NCBI GenBank assembly: GCA_904063045.1
Contig: CAJFCJ010000016.1
Span: forward strand, 972,556 to 1,036,555
Length of the DNA: 64,000 nucleotides
Reading direction: 5' to 3'
Source of the DNA: Dimorphilus gyrociliatus
Lineage: Eukaryota; Animalia; Annelida
The notes under the pieces are model-generated. The model was given only the letters and a program-made list of their open reading frames with translations, did not search any database and was not told the origin of the DNA. A program made the position numbers and the translations under genes. Positions 1 through 12,359 of this stretch are shown here, piece after piece. The first letter of the stretch is position 1. Each line of letters begins with the position of its first letter.

Positions 1-156
1 TATATTTCCCTCCTTTCCCAGAAACGTATACACTCTTCATTTCTATTTAGATCTATTGGAATAATAGCTATTGCCTGGAGGTAATGTCGGCTAGATTGTC
101 TATTGGAAGGGTGGAAGCCATTGAATAGGACAGCTGTCTATTAATACTAGTATTCA

Positions 157-400
157 TTTATTTATTTATTACATCACTTAATAAGAAATCTCTTATTCAG
201 CCAACTCTATTCGTGGCTTGAAAATATTAAAAAGACGGCACGCGACTGCCAATTGATAGGTCTTGTAGATAAACTTTAAACAATCTCTCATAGATCATAG
301 TCTGTCAGGTAATGAATGTTGGTGGATTGCGGCTGATGATCTTGGAGAAAGGACGCTAAAAGATATTTTCAATAGCTATCTATAGTGTAATTTATATAAT
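157..400 (-). mobile_element. possible 3' end fragment of a non-LTR retrotransposon (L2/CR1-like)
   Basis: The minus strand ends in an (AATA)n tail after a short GC-richer segment, and a broken frame reads SLPDRL*SMRDCLKF, loosely like LINE C-termini. Pattern resemblance only. Confidence 0.25.
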
Positions 401-774
401 TCTTATCAATACAAAACAATTTGTTATTGTAAAGAATTTTGACGTGTCTTTCGGATATTCCTAATGATTGTTGTCGTCAGACTCTTGAAGTAAGTCATCA
501 ACTATGGAGAAGAGAAGGATTGCGGATTGATTTCTTTTAAAAATCTATCCTACAAGAGGCTATTCTATAAATTCAACTATATCTTTAACAATCTTCATAA
601 CAACATGAAGTATTGAACAAAGAATAAGAAAGTAGCCCAAAATCATTGTTTGGCTGAACGAAAATCTTTTACCAACTAACCCATAGGAGGCGACACCTAC
701 ATGACTTGCCTAATCAGAAATATACGATATTAATTCGTTATTGTATTGATTAAAGGTTGAAAAAATTGAAAAAT

Positions 775-1707
775 TTATTGCAGTGATTGCAGTGGTGATA
801 TTGACCTTTTCCTCTTCGTCGTTATCCGTTTTAAAGTAGTTAGAAACGCTTTTTTTATTGATGAATTACCAATAATTGTTATAATTGGATTAATGAAACT
901 TTGACAAAGTATGAAATATTCAATAGATATGGATATTTGAATACTAAAATTATTTGGTTCGGTTAACAGAAACACTATTCCTATACAATAGATCGTCCAT
1001 AAACATAACATTAATATCAATTGTAATAGAGTTGCTTTAGACGATTTCGAGATGTTCTTCATCTTTTTAGTCTGACTTTCAATTTGAATTGCGTGCTTTT
1101 TAGCTATTTTTAGAATGTTTATATGCAAAAATAACGATGTAACGACTGTTGGTAGGAAGAATCCCATATTGATAAAGACATAGTAAAACTCGTAATTCAT
1201 ATAGCCATTACAAAGTACAATATAACGTCTTCCCATAACAGCCGCGTAATAAGGATAAAAACCAATGGCAAACGATAAAATAACAACCATAGATATAATT
1301 AGAACAGTTGTTTTCGTACGAAAATACTTTTCAAAGTGAAATGGGTATTTAATCATTATATATCTATATATGAATACGAATAATAGAAAATACTGCGATT
1401 GCAGGTAAGCGATATGCTGCAATAGATGCGTTAACAAGCACCAGAGTGGAAAGGTACTCGGCTTCGTAACTATGCTTTTTAGAAACTCGGCGGTTGGACT
1501 CCATATCGATATAAAAAGATCGCATATTGCCACGCCAGGAATAAATATAATTGTTGAATGTCGGACGTTGGCGAATTTTATATAGAGATATAGAACAAAT
1601 CCGTTAAACGTTGTACTGCAAATAACTAATATCAGGTATATCACACCTATGAGTATATCATCACCTCCGGAGAAGGAACCACTGGATACGAAAGAAGTAT
1701 TGTTCAT
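775..1707 (-). CDS. rhodopsin-like (class A) GPCR, single exon
   Basis: 310-aa ORF with seven hydrophobic segments. TM1 N (TFNGFV), TM2 D (AICDL), TM3-end YRY followed by IKYP, TM5 P (FFLP), TM7 NPIIT; N-terminal glycosylation sequon NNTS. Confidence 0.9.
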   Translation of the reverse strand: MNNTSFVSSGSFSGGDDILIGVIYLILVICSTTFNGFVLYLYIKFANVRHSTIIFIPGVAICDLFISIWSPTAEFLKSIVTKPSTFPLWCLLTHLLQHIAYLQSQYFLLFVFIYRYIMIKYPFHFEKYFRTKTTVLIISMVVILSFAIGFYPYYAAVMGRRYIVLCNGYMNYEFYYVFINMGFFLPTVVTSLFLHINILKIAKKHAIQIESQTKKMKNISKSSKATLLQLILMLCLWTIYCIGIVFLLTEPNNFSIQISISIEYFILCQSFINPIITIIGNSSIKKAFLTTLKRITTKRKRSISPLQSLQ

Positions 1708-2557
1708 GATTTTGTAAGAAAGGATTGTTTAGCATCAAATGTAAGGAGAATATTAAATCTCCATTTAATGTGTAGTATCCTTTATACATTTTTTATTGGA
1801 CTTAATGGTAAACACCCATATATACAGTATTATAATCTGCTAAACACTGCTCATAGATTTTTCAACTGTTAATGGAGTCTTTAAAGCTTTTAACCAAGAT
1901 AAATAATCATTTTCTGCATTATTAAACTCTCGCCCAGAATAAACACCGACTGAATTTTTTCCAGGGTTATTAATAGAGAATTTCATGTATTTTCTCTATT
2001 TTTCCACTGTGTAGACGTCGAGTAGACGTCTTACAATAGAGGGAAAATCTTTTAATACAGTATATAAATTATAAATAAATAATAGTTTTAATAATAATAT
2101 TAATAGCATTAATAAAAGAAAAGCATCAATTAAGGGCAGAAAATCAATCGTTTTATTAAGAAACACCTCCCAAAAAAGTTAATTACAATGTCACCTATGA
2201 CTGATTAACGAAAGGTAATATTATTCAAAGAGAAAGTTCTTTTTCTTCTTCTTCTTCTTCTTCTTCTTCTTCTTTAAAAACAAAAAAAAGGCAACTTTCA
2301 CCTTGCATTCTCCTATTTTATAGTCTTAGCGTAATTTCCTTGTAGAAATTGATTTCTCGTCTCCTATTCTATAATAGTAACGATAATATAGCAAAAAAAA
2401 ATCAATAACTCTCTGACTCACCGATTAACTTTTTCATATAAAATGTCATATTGCTTAAAGAATCTTTTGGTGGTGTTGTTATTGTTGTTGTTTTAATGTT
2501 CTTCTAGATGATATTTCTTGTTCGTTTCTTTTTGGCCTGTGATTAATAGAGACTCAA

Positions 2558-4757
2558 ATGCTGCTCTCCTTAAAAGAAATTACACTACTCTCCATTGCGA
2601 AAAATAGCCATTTAATCTTTAGGGATGTTTTTCTCAAGGAGCAGACATTTCCACTTTCGATTTCTGAAGATTTATTAACCTGTTTGGATAGGGGAAGCAT
2701 TGGAATAGAAGAGACATATTTGAAATTCTTCTCCAACGATAAAAGCTATCTTAGAAGTATCAGATTACATTGCTATAAAATTAATAACATCTCTTCCATG
2801 TCATTTCTTCAAGGTCATCAGTTGAGAACTCTCTATTTAGAAGGACTAAAAGATTATGACGTAATGGATTGGCTACCCTTTGTCGAGTCTAATTGCCTAG
2901 AGGAGTTATCTATTGTTGAGTGTTCTTTTAATAAATTAGGTCAAAAGAAAAGAGTGCTAAGACCGTCTTTAGAGGAGAGAAATCATGATATAAATTATTT
3001 TTTAAACAGCTTAAAATCATTTAAGAGCATTACGAAATTAAGCGTCTGCTCAACGGATTTTACTAGTAGTCACCTATTGGTAATTTGCAACGAGTTCTCC
3101 TTACTTCAACACTTGAATATATCTAAAACTTTTGTCGATGACCTTTCACCTCTAACTAAATTACAAAATTTAAATTATCTCGATTGTTCGTGGATCTTTT
3201 GCGGATCTTGCTACGATTCATTTTGCATATTGCACCAGCTAAAGCTTTTGAACTATTTGGACATATCCAAATTATATACAGTTTCGGCCAACTTGAATAC
3301 CGACTTATTCCTAAAGTCTGCTTTATGGGAGTGTTTATCATGCCTTAATTTGTCCGGAGACTGGAAGATTTCAGACCAAACGCTTAAGTATTCCATAAAC
3401 ACACTATCGTCAATAGATCGAGAATATAATTCATTTGCCACTCCTCAACAGAATTTTCATTAAAAACCATCCCAGTTTGAAGAGTCTGTTGATTTTCGGC
3501 AAAGATCCGTCTAGTAGGCTGGAACGAGAGTTGACATTTAACAGCGATATTATCCATAGAAATGTAGTAAAATCCATTTTCAAACAAAACAACTACAATT
3601 CAAAACAATGTAAAATAAAAACGGTTAATTAATAAATAAACAGAATTCAACGGACAACGATCAAAAGGACACAATGACAAATTTGAAATATCTCAAGAAA
3701 TTAAATTACGAAGTTGGCGATTTTTTAATTAAAATCTTTAAAAGATTAAATAAGGAAATCATAAAGAATGAACCGAAATTTTTGAACGAAATTCAAAATG
3801 ATCCAACTCTGTTTCAGGCAAGAAATCTATTCAAAGAGACGCTTTATTTATTTATTTATTTGTTTATTTATTGTTATTCTCTTTAGATTCTAGTCGATAC
3901 GCTGGACGAGTATAAATTCAAGATTATCCATGAAAAATTTCAAAATATCATCTATAATCTTATCTTTTGTAAAATAATATGGATATTTTGCCATCTAACA
4001 TTACCGAATTTCTGCAGGAATATACTGATTATCTATCAGATTTGTAGTCAAGTGATTAAGGAATATCCAAAGAGTTGGAAGGATCCGGACGCCGGCGTTA
4101 CGTACAATTACCACGAAATAATGGAGCAGATTTTCTTATTATTGCATAGAAACATTGCAAACATTTTCTGGGTGAATAACAGATTGTTTGTAAATCGTTT
4201 GCTAAATGTTTCCCTATTGCAGATAGTCAACTCTTTTGATTTTTCAATTTCTCTTATGAAGATTATACCTGGATTTAATATCATTAAATTTGAAATACCA
4301 GGATCAATTCTCTACGCCGACGTTCATCCAGAATTTAGTAAAAAGACCTATCTAACCAGCTTTATTCATTTACTCAAAGAAGTGCTAAGACGGATTCAAT
4401 TCGAAGAGGTTTTAAGCTTGAAAGCTCTCTGTTATTCTATCTTTACGTTTTTCCTTACTACAGTTATCGAATAATCAACTCGAGGACTTTTTACTTCATT
4501 TCAAAGAATATCTCGTCTACTTTACTTCGGCGGAAAATCAACTTTACTTTGGAAAATGTAGAAATTCAATAAGAGAAATAATAGAAATAGTTTTCACCGG
4601 TATAAACAGTCATTTGTCGGTTATAATTGAAGATTATCTTATAAAATTAATAGATAATCCTTCTTTTAGTATTCCCATTCCTAAATCTATTCATAATATT
4701 TTAGAGAAAAGTGTGCTATTCGAAAAATATTATACGGATAAAGATCTATTGAATTAA
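2558..4757 (+). CDS. ZYG11/ZER1-like LRR protein, paralog 1 (multi-exon)
   Basis: N-terminal BC-box-like LSLKEITLLSIAKN and LRRs (ITKLSVCSTDF, LQHLNISKTFV, LNYLDCS). Intron 3388-3451 (GT..AG, phase 2) joins in frame to IFIKNHPSLK. The last exon reads to TAA at 4755-4757. Family assignment is by motif resemblance. Confidence 0.7.
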
Positions 4758-4860
4758 CAGATTATTGTTGTTCAACAGTCTCTATTCTCTTTCTATTTTT
4801 ATTTCTACAACTTAAATATATAGCTATTCTATTTGGAGAGAACAATTTTATTAACGACTT

Positions 4861-4930
4861 GGCTCCTATGGTGTTACGGCTAGCGCTTTCGACTTTTACA
4901 CCCAACGATCCGAGTTCAAATCAGCAACCT
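4861..4930 (+). pseudogene. decayed tRNA-Gln copy
   Basis: Aligns by eye to the intact tRNA-Gln at 5571. It retains A-box-like TGGTGTTACGG and B-box GAGTTCAAATC and the exact CCAACGATCCGAGTTCAAATC stretch, but the acceptor, anticodon and T stems are broken. Confidence 0.75.
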
Positions 4931-5570
4931 GAATCTTTTTCTCTTAAGCGATAAAACTCTTTCAATAATCAATTCGTGTTCAAGAGAATTCCCACTCTTC
5001 CCAGTTTTCTTTCCTAACCCTGATAAAACCGTTTTCGAATATATCTTATTAGATAAATCAGTTGAAAAGTTAACAAGGACCTGATATTGATAGAATTCGA
5101 TTGATATTGCTCATCCTAACTCTAACAGTTACTGATTGGCTGATAAATCAGAGTGAATAATTTCAAAACTAATTTTTAAATTGCTCCTTGTTTTTGTCTG
5201 GGTTAGAGAAAAGATAGCAATTATATTATAATCGTTTATCCATAATAACTATAACTATATACAATATATCGTTTTATACATTTTTTGACCTTGTTTTATG
5301 ATATGATTGAACGAACTCTTACATAAATAATTAATAATGCTTGGATAAAATGAAAATGAATGAATGAATGAATGATGAATAAATAACAGTTTATCTATTT
5401 CTCCTTCTGGATTAAGAATCGAAGAATTGAAACGGATACTGTAGTGTCTTTTCAGAACAATACTGTATCACTTTTGGAATATGGGCTTTGGAATAGTTAT
5501 TACAAAGAGCCTTAAATCAACTTGGAGGGTTAAAAAACCTAAGAACTAAAATCAATCTACCAATCAATAA

Positions 5571-5642
5571 GGTTCCATGGTGTAACGGTTAGCACTTTGG
5601 ACTCTGAATCCAACGATCCGAGTTCAAATCTCGGTGGAACCT
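5571..5642 (+). tRNA. tRNA-Gln-CTG: tRNA-Gln (anticodon CTG)
   Basis: 72-nt GGTTCCATGG...GGAACCT cloverleaf; anticodon arm TTGGA-CTCTGAA-TCCAA; T-run Pol III terminator just downstream. Confidence 0.97.
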
Positions 5643-6848
5643 AAGCAAACTTTTTAGCTTTTGAAATGCTGTTTATCGTATCTTTAGCTGAATTCATTTT
5701 AAGAGAACTTCCCTTTAGTTTCTTTCAACAACAAAGAATTTCATATAACAAATCATCATATGAGCATTTAATTGACTAATGCGCATGATCGACTATATAA
5801 TTTGCTTGATCGGTCTGTTTACATGAACCACCTGATCAAGTGAGTATTTTGCAACGTCTATTGACACTTTATACTTTTTCAAACGCTTTTCACCCTACTT
5901 TCAGAAGCTTTTAACGGATTTTGTCTTTTGTATTATATTGGCAGGAAGATGATGGCTATAGACAAGAGGTTAAAGACAAATACAAGCCTAAAAGAAGAAT
6001 GGTCATCAATGATCAATGTCCTTGTAAACATCTTGTAAAGTATTTCAAAGAAAAGCCTCCAATCCATCATAAAATATCGATATCTAATTGAATTCTCATC
6101 GAGCTAGTTATATCTTATTGTTTAGTCAAATCCTAGATCAAACTTGTATAAAAAAGTTGATTACTGAATACTTTCACATCTTTTTACAATTGGAAAGATT
6201 ACCTAATCACTAGAGTATTCAACAGCAATAACATTTTCTCCACGTAGTCTCTTTCATAGAGAGACTTCAATTCCCATAATGTCCATCAGTGTTCCCCCAT
6301 CACCTGTATAAATTATACAGTATGAATGCGTAATAGATGTACAACACTTTTTTCCTTGGAATAGTTTAAATAGGTTTCTTGAGTAAGTGCATGACAACGT
6401 TGAAGAATGTACCACTTATTGCATTAAACTACGATTGGAGATGAATCTAACCTTTAACCCTAACCGTCGTTTATATAATGTATATATTGTATATATATAT
6501 ATTCCCTCGTTCTCATCAAGTTCATTAATAATTTCTCAATTGAAAAACATTCCACCCTTTTTAAGTAGTATATGGACAAAAGAAATAGCATTATTTATTC
6601 AACCCTTCAGCCTGTTTAAAGAGTTCCACTATTTCTTTTGTTATCGATTTGAAATATTGCGAAAAGCGATGAGAAATTGATATTTATATCTTAATTTATA
6701 TAAACGAATGGCACAGTTGTTTATTCAATAGTTTGCTGGGAGAATTATCTATTAGAAGAGACAAACACACTTAGCATTTTCTCCATTCGCTGATCGTTCG
6801 TCGTCATGCTTTCACTCTGCTATTCCGTATCAGATAATTATCTTCTAG

Positions 6849-7176
6849 TTTACGCTACAATCCTTCAAGTTCTCTCTTCAGTTCACACGGCGAGTTGTCA
6901 GTAAAAAACTAACCCTTCTTCCACTAGATTATTTCAAAATTTTCTCCATAGATATAATAAACGGATACAAAGTGTTTGAAGGTAAATCCTCTCCTGGTAG
7001 TGTTCTGGGCACTATGTCTTCTACAAATTACAACGACTGTATCAGCCATTGCAATACTTTGACCAACTGCGAAGGATTTAACTATCAATCACCTTTATGC
7101 ATTTTTAAGGCATCGATGGCAGATGACAACGCATTAATGAATAGTCTGGGAATTTTGACAATTAAGAAAATAACTG
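6849..7176 (+). CDS. secreted PAN/apple-domain protein A (partial model)
   Basis: Exon 6952-7176 is bounded by AG/GT and encodes YKVFEGK..DCISHCNTLTNCEGFNYQSPLCIFK (PAN cysteine pattern). A short hydrophobic exon lies upstream; start and end are not resolved. Confidence 0.55.
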
Positions 7177-7438
7177 GTAATAGTATTTTGATACTTGACT
7201 GTTGTTTGTTCATCATCATCAACATCGTCTTCATCTCGATTTGTAGGTAACATAGAATATTTTATTATTTAAAAATGTCTTTACAAACAAACAAACAAAC
7301 AAACAAACAAATATGTTTGGCTTATTTTCAAGTATAAATAATACGTTAGGCTTGCAGACTATCATCGCAGTTTGAATGTAATGCTGAGCCTATTAATGGT
7401 TGAAAAACGACAGACAAACAGGTTAATTGAATAATAAC

Positions 7439-9526
7439 TCAGATTCTAAATTTCCAATCGTTCAACCTTTTCAGCTCCTCGTCCAAATGCATGCAAACTT
7501 TATAGTTTTTACGCGAAAAGTGAACGGTATTTGTGCCTTTTACAGTCTTATAGTGGTTTAAACCGGAAACAATTAAACGATATATCTTTTTAAGCTTGGA
7601 ATCTTGATTCGAATCAAAGTAGTTGATTAAACCGCCAGAATAGTTGCAGGTCAACATTTGAAAAGTATTTTCAACGCATTTAAACAACTGATTCTCCGTT
7701 AACTATTTCAATAAATAAAACATTTATAATTACTTCCAAATATAGAAATCTAATCTACCGTCTGGAATGTTATATCATTTAGCATTGTCTCTAGTAAAAC
7801 GAAAGCATTGTTGGCGTCCGGATCGAATTTTACGAATACAAGTAAAGCTATAGATAGCTTTATCTTTTCTTTCTATTTTAGAATATAGACAATCGAATGA
7901 TTAATGGAAAAATTAATGAAAGATATTCAACTAATTTAAAATGTTACCATCTTCAATAATTTGTATTTTAGCAGGACAATCGAACACAGTTTTTTGAGTA
8001 GGTAGGAGAAATTTTCATAAATTCCACCCATTTTTCTATAAAGTAGAATAAACTTACAACAAGATTCGACGCTTTTCACCCAAAATCTTTCATAGCCATT
8101 CAATATCTTCAACTTTTTTATAATACTAAAGCAAATGTATAGAATATAAATACAGAATTCATCCGATTCGAACATCTCAAAATACATCTTGTGATAATCA
8201 ATAATATCAAATAGTTTCTGTTGATATGACAACGCATTCCTAACACTTATTATCTTTCTATATTGTATACATTACCTGCCACAATCTTTCAATGTCCAAC
8301 CTCATCATATACATTCTTCTCTTATCGATCTCTCGACATTCATTTATTTCCTTTTTCAACAATTCCAAACTCTTTATTGCAAGATCGTAGAATCTTTTAA
8401 ATACTATATTTGAACTTTTAGGGAAGAACAATTGGAAATATCTGTCGTCTTTTAGCTAATTGTATAAGAAAATCTAATACTTTTGCCATTCGAAAAATAC
8501 ACTTGAAACTTACTGTAATTCTTAAAGGATAGATAACGTTTAGACGATTTTCCATTAAATCCGCCAAATTATTTTCTCTAACGTCTAAATCGATGGCGAA
8601 ATATTTCAATCTTTCATGATTTTTAATGAATTTACTGTAAAGAATAAGAATAAGAATAATAACGAAAGAATTGAAATACACATGGTATTTTATTCTCGTC
8701 TTGTTTCTCGTCTCTACCTTAATACGGCAATTTCAACGTGTTGAATTTCACCAATTACCAATGATTCCAACGCTTTGAATTGATTGTTATCCAAGAAATT
8801 TTCAAACCATTTACACAATCGGCAATTGTGAATTGAATGATTATTACCAACAGATATTTCTTTCAGATGTTCAAACTCTTTTAAATATTGAATTTCATCA
8901 AATTTCCACGATTCTTTTTGAGAAATGAATGTAAAATTTGTTAAGCTTTCAAGTTTTTTAATTGGATGTATTGTATCGACAAGAGTATACGAAATATCCA
9001 AATTCTCTAATTGGGATAATTCATTGGAAATGAACAATAAACATTCATTTGTGAATAGAGTATAGCTAACGTCCAATTTTAAGAGATTTTTGAAATTCTG
9101 CAAATCTTCAATCCGTTCAAGTATATCGGAATATTGAAAATTATAACTTTCTCTATATAATCTACAATTAGATATTGTTAATTCCTCAAGAAAACTGGTA
9201 TTAATATTTCCAATCCATTGTTTTAAATCGATTTTCAAATTATTCATTTCAATTACTTTTAATGGATGATTTTTGACGAAATTGATAAAAGACAATTCAT
9301 CGTAAATTCTACATCCGTTCAGTTTAATGCAAGTTAAAGTAGTCTTTTCAAATGTGAAATATTTCAAATGTTCCTTAGACACACCAATATGTTTATTATT
9401 GAAATATTGTAAAATTTCTTCGGCTAGGCCGTGAGGAATAGTTTTATCGTTTTTAAAATATTTCCCTAACCCTTTACTTCCATCAAAATCGATTGAACGT
9501 AGAATTAATTCTTGTAAACTGAACAT
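7439..9526 (-). CDS. ZYG11/ZER1-like LRR protein, paralog 2 (multi-exon)
   Basis: MFSLQELILRSI N-terminus; LLKLDVSYTLF and LENLDISYTLV LRRs; same phase-2 intron after AVLR as the other paralogs. Downstream exons 8418-8681, 7936-8232 and 7439-7687 resemble the C-terminal exons of paralogs 3 and 4. Confidence 0.7.
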
Positions 9527-9894
9527 TATTAATAAAAGTAGTTAATTGGTAAATAAAATCAATAACATGTTAAGGCGATGAAATGAACTGAAATCCTCTT
9601 CATCGCTGTAGAACTATTTTTGTTTTCCTCCTAATCGAAATGCATTCGGATAGAGAAACTCTTTTTTTTATGCAGTGTCCAAAAAATACTGTTGCTTTTT
9701 TTTTGTTTGTAATCTTCTTATGCGTTGAAAGAAAGTCGAAAGACTTTTAGAATGGGATCCGCTATTTTGATATACACTTATATCTATGTTAACTAAACGA
9801 ATTTCAAGTAGAACAATCAACAAGTTTTTTGATACTTTTTATTATGTAAGAATCGAATTTCTATTCTATTGTATTACGGTATGATTCTTCCTTC

Positions 9895-9925
<31 letters not shown>

Positions 9926-9965
9926 TTTATCTCCCCCCCCCACCGCTCTCTCTCTCTCTCTCTCT
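9895..9965. repeat. (CT)n microsatellite pair in the divergent intergenic region
   Basis: Two CT dinucleotide runs flank a poly-C tract between head-to-head paralogs 2 and 3. Confidence 0.9.
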
Positions 9966-10082
9966 ATCCAACCAAACTCATCTAGGCTTAATTTTCTATA
10001 AACTTTTGAACTTTTCACCATAGCAGGTTGTGGACACTGCAACGCGAAGAGTAGGAGTACATTTCGAGAGCTTGTTTTGTAA

Positions 10083-12215
10083 ATGTTAACATCGTCTACT
10101 AGTCAAAGGGAGAAGTGTTCCTCTGTAAGGAGAAAATTGATGGAGGAGAATAGACTAAAGGACATCTGTTTGGATTATATAGCAAAGAATATTGACATTA
10201 TAATAGAGTTTGTAAATAGGACAAATGCAACTTTACCTCATGGAATTTCAGAGAAAATATTCGAATGTTTGGAAGAGAAAGATTTCGGCATAAAAGAAGA
10301 ATATTTAGAATTCTTTTCTTCCAATGGAAAATTACTACAGAACGTACGATTATACGGCCGTAGAATAAAGCATAAATCATCTCTACGTTTCCTCAAATAT
10401 CATCCTATAAAGAATTTAATAATTAGAAATTTACAACAATTAACTATAGCCGAATGGTTAAATTACGTTAATAAAGAGACATTAGAAACTTTAAGCGTTT
10501 CCGGTTGTCAATTTTCAGAGGTAGAAGTTGATTTATACCCAAAGAGTCTACCAACGCAAGCCGACTATCTAGGAGGATTTAATAGTCTAATTAAATTAGA
10601 TGTCAGCTATACGGATTTCGAAGATGCTCACTTCAAAGTTGTTTGTAACGAATACGTTAATTTAGAGGAATTAGATATATCAGGAACATTAGTTAAATGT
10701 TTAGGTTGTTTAACGAAATTGGAAAGATTAAAAGTATTTAAATTCTGTACAAGGAGATCTTTGTTGAATTGGAACGAATATACAAATCTATTGTACTTGA
10801 AACATCTTCAGATAATCAACATTGGAATGTGCCTTGGAGATTACGAAGCTAATTCGGTCGATAAGGCATTTTGCGAATGGTTATATCATTTCCTGCAGCA
10901 GGCTCAATGGAACGATTTACAAAGTATTAGTATTTCCGAATATGGTGATGTCGATTTGAATATTTTAAGGTTTCTCTCCTCTCCTCCTTCTATATCTTAT
11001 CTATCTCTTTTACTTTCCACAGGAGATTTATAGACAATCATCCAAACTTGAAATTCTTTGGACTCGACGTGAATAATGTTACTAAACACTTGAACGAACT
11101 CGGTAGCATTTCAAATGTTATATACGCTTCCTGCTATTCGGTAAGCTATTCCTCTCAGCCAATCAATCACTCGATCAAACGGTGTTCTATTCTCTTTTCA
11201 GAACAAATTATCTGAAATAATCAATGTATTCTTTTCGCCTTATTCCACCTATATTTTTGAAGTTTTCAACGATCAAACAATGGCTCTATTTCACGTATTT
11301 TCAATTGAAATTAAACGTATGAAAAAGCCTGATAGAGTAGAATATTTCAATTCTTTAAATATGGACGAACTATGGAGGGTTAACTTGACATACTTTTTAT
11401 CCGTTGTACAATATTCATTCTAACTATTATTCATCCTTACAGATTCTATTAGCTATTATTGACGAACATAAAACCATCAATTTTAAACATTGGGTTAGAG
11501 ATAATAACATCCTCTTTATCATTCAAGCTTTTGAATTAATTAAAAAGATGAGAATTCTACCTGGCTATAGGCAAAATTGGATTAGAGTTATTAAAATATC
11601 TTGCCAAATAATTGAATTATATTACGACTTAAAAGAGCCTGCCGAAGATTTTTTACCATTTAGACTTATATCATCGATTTTCCTCCACTTTTACGATTTA
11701 ATTCATTTAGTAAGCCTATATCTGTTCTCTTTCTTTATTTTCTACCTTTAATCTTACAATTTCAAATTTAGGTTGCAAATAAACTGAAACTAGTTACGAT
11801 GCTATTCGGATTAGTTGGAGAAAATTCAGTTGTTCGTAACGTTCTAGCTCTTATACACCGGCTCATTGACGAAGTTGATTTTACAACTGTAAGATATCGA
11901 TCGATTATACCGTTTTATATATTACGTAATTTGTGCTTTTTACCATTTGTAAAGCTTAATGAAAGCGAACTACACGAAATGATTAACAACTTTGGTATCT
12001 TTCGAAATATTCTCGTCAGATCCTACCATCCCGATCAGCCGGTACTTTTTGAGAAAATTCACGACATCGTACACGAAGGATTGTTAAATTATAAACAATT
12101 TTACGGAACGCAACATTTGTTCATTGAATCGGTTAATAATCAAGAAATTATTGATTTAGACGAAATACTTGCTTCTTTTTCAATAATAACTTTAAATCAA
12201 TTTCAATTTGAATAA
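10083..12215 (+). CDS. ZYG11/ZER1-like LRR protein, paralog 3 (multi-exon; start may be ATG 10140)
   Basis: RLKDICLDYIAKN BC-box-like motif; LPHGISEKIFECL; LIKLDVSYTDF and LEELDISGT LRRs; phase-2 intron after NILR rejoining RFIDNHPNLK; later exons 11404-11751 and 11799-12215. Confidence 0.75.
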
Positions 12216-12359
12216 AAAGTCTTATTGAATTATTCAATTTATCGTTCGCACTCTCTCTCTCACACACACACACACACGCACTCTCTCTCTTTCTTATAAA
12301 TGAATAATACCCATTGCGTAATCCAATTGAATAGAAAACATCGTCATCAATAGTTTCGA

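Noticed and set aside
4861-4930. Suppressor (TTA) or tRNA-Lys(TTT) gene
   Set aside because: The acceptor, anticodon and T stems cannot pair, so it is not a functional cloverleaf.
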